Of a stretch of DNA of 32,000 bases, positions 31,980-32,000 are shown piece by piece. Both the position numbers and the translations under genes were made by a program. The first letter of the stretch is position 1. Every line of letters begins with the position of its first letter. This DNA comes from Moraxella nasovis (GTDB taxonomy: Bacteria > Pseudomonadota > Gammaproteobacteria > Pseudomonadales > Moraxellaceae). The stretch is taken from positions 1,996,237 through 2,028,236 of the forward strand of contig NZ_CP089976.1 in assembly GCF_022701215.1 (NCBI RefSeq), written 5' to 3'. The notes under the pieces were generated by a model, which did no database searches, was not told the DNA's origin, and was given only the letters and a program-made list of their open reading frames with translations.

Positions 31980-32000
31980 TGAAAAAAAATTATCTTATTC
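31976..32000 (+). CDS. Start of a further small ORF (MMKKNYLI...), 3'-partial at the window edge
   Basis: The ATG overlaps the immunity-3 stop (ATGA), the same arrangement as at 30029. Confidence 0.2.

Noticed and set aside
25413-32000. The idea that the adjacent TonB-dependent receptor is the uptake receptor or export partner for the neighbouring bacteriocins
   Set aside because: Only adjacency supports it. The genes are divergent, the receptor looks like a zinc-type housekeeping receptor, and self-receptor linkage is not expected. It is kept only as a remote possibility.

Overview
This is an AT-rich gammaproteobacterial chromosome segment. It is most consistent with Moraxellaceae or a Moraxella-like genome, based on the tonB-exbB-exbD order, a fused rnhA-dnaQ and an MboI/DpnII-type GATC R-M cassette; the taxon is an inference. 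Layout: (1) 1-4265 is the right end of a prophage or genomic island: a 5'-partial ORF of more than 970 aa, a small ORF and an N-terminally short tyrosine integrase. (2) A housekeeping block follows: rlpA-like, pgk, fba, ruvA, a LysR regulator, leuC/leuD/leuB, a DUF3298-like lipoprotein, tonB-exbB-exbD, an RnfB-like ferredoxin, nudC, the rnhA-dnaQ fusion and trmB. The leu cluster is interrupted by accessory DNA: a decayed VapBC-like pair, a 17-bp x6 tandem repeat, a PEBP protein, an unknown ORF and a frameshifted S51 peptidase. (3) 22572-25165 is a two-methylase GATC restriction-modification cassette that directly abuts a decayed Alvin-type 2[4Fe-4S] ferredoxin gene. (4) 25413-27935 is a ZnuD-like TonB-dependent receptor with a Zur-like operator. 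(5) From about 28.2 kb to the window end lies a visibly AT-richer island with three tandem cassettes. Each cassette has a conserved promoter, a structured leader (a 20-bp-stem hairpin containing a Fur-box-like core, then a terminator-like hairpin) and a signal-peptide-only uORF. Next comes a double-glycine (Gly-Ala) type export leader fused to an unrelated payload: a Gly-rich microcin-like peptide, a 76-aa basic His-containing domain, or a 41-aa cationic peptide. Each payload is followed by an immunity-like gene and a tiny hydrophobic ORF. This modular, polymorphic bacteriocin/toxin array and its unusual leader architecture is the most novel-looking content. No exporter gene is in the window. 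No rRNA, tRNA or CRISPR array was seen by eye.
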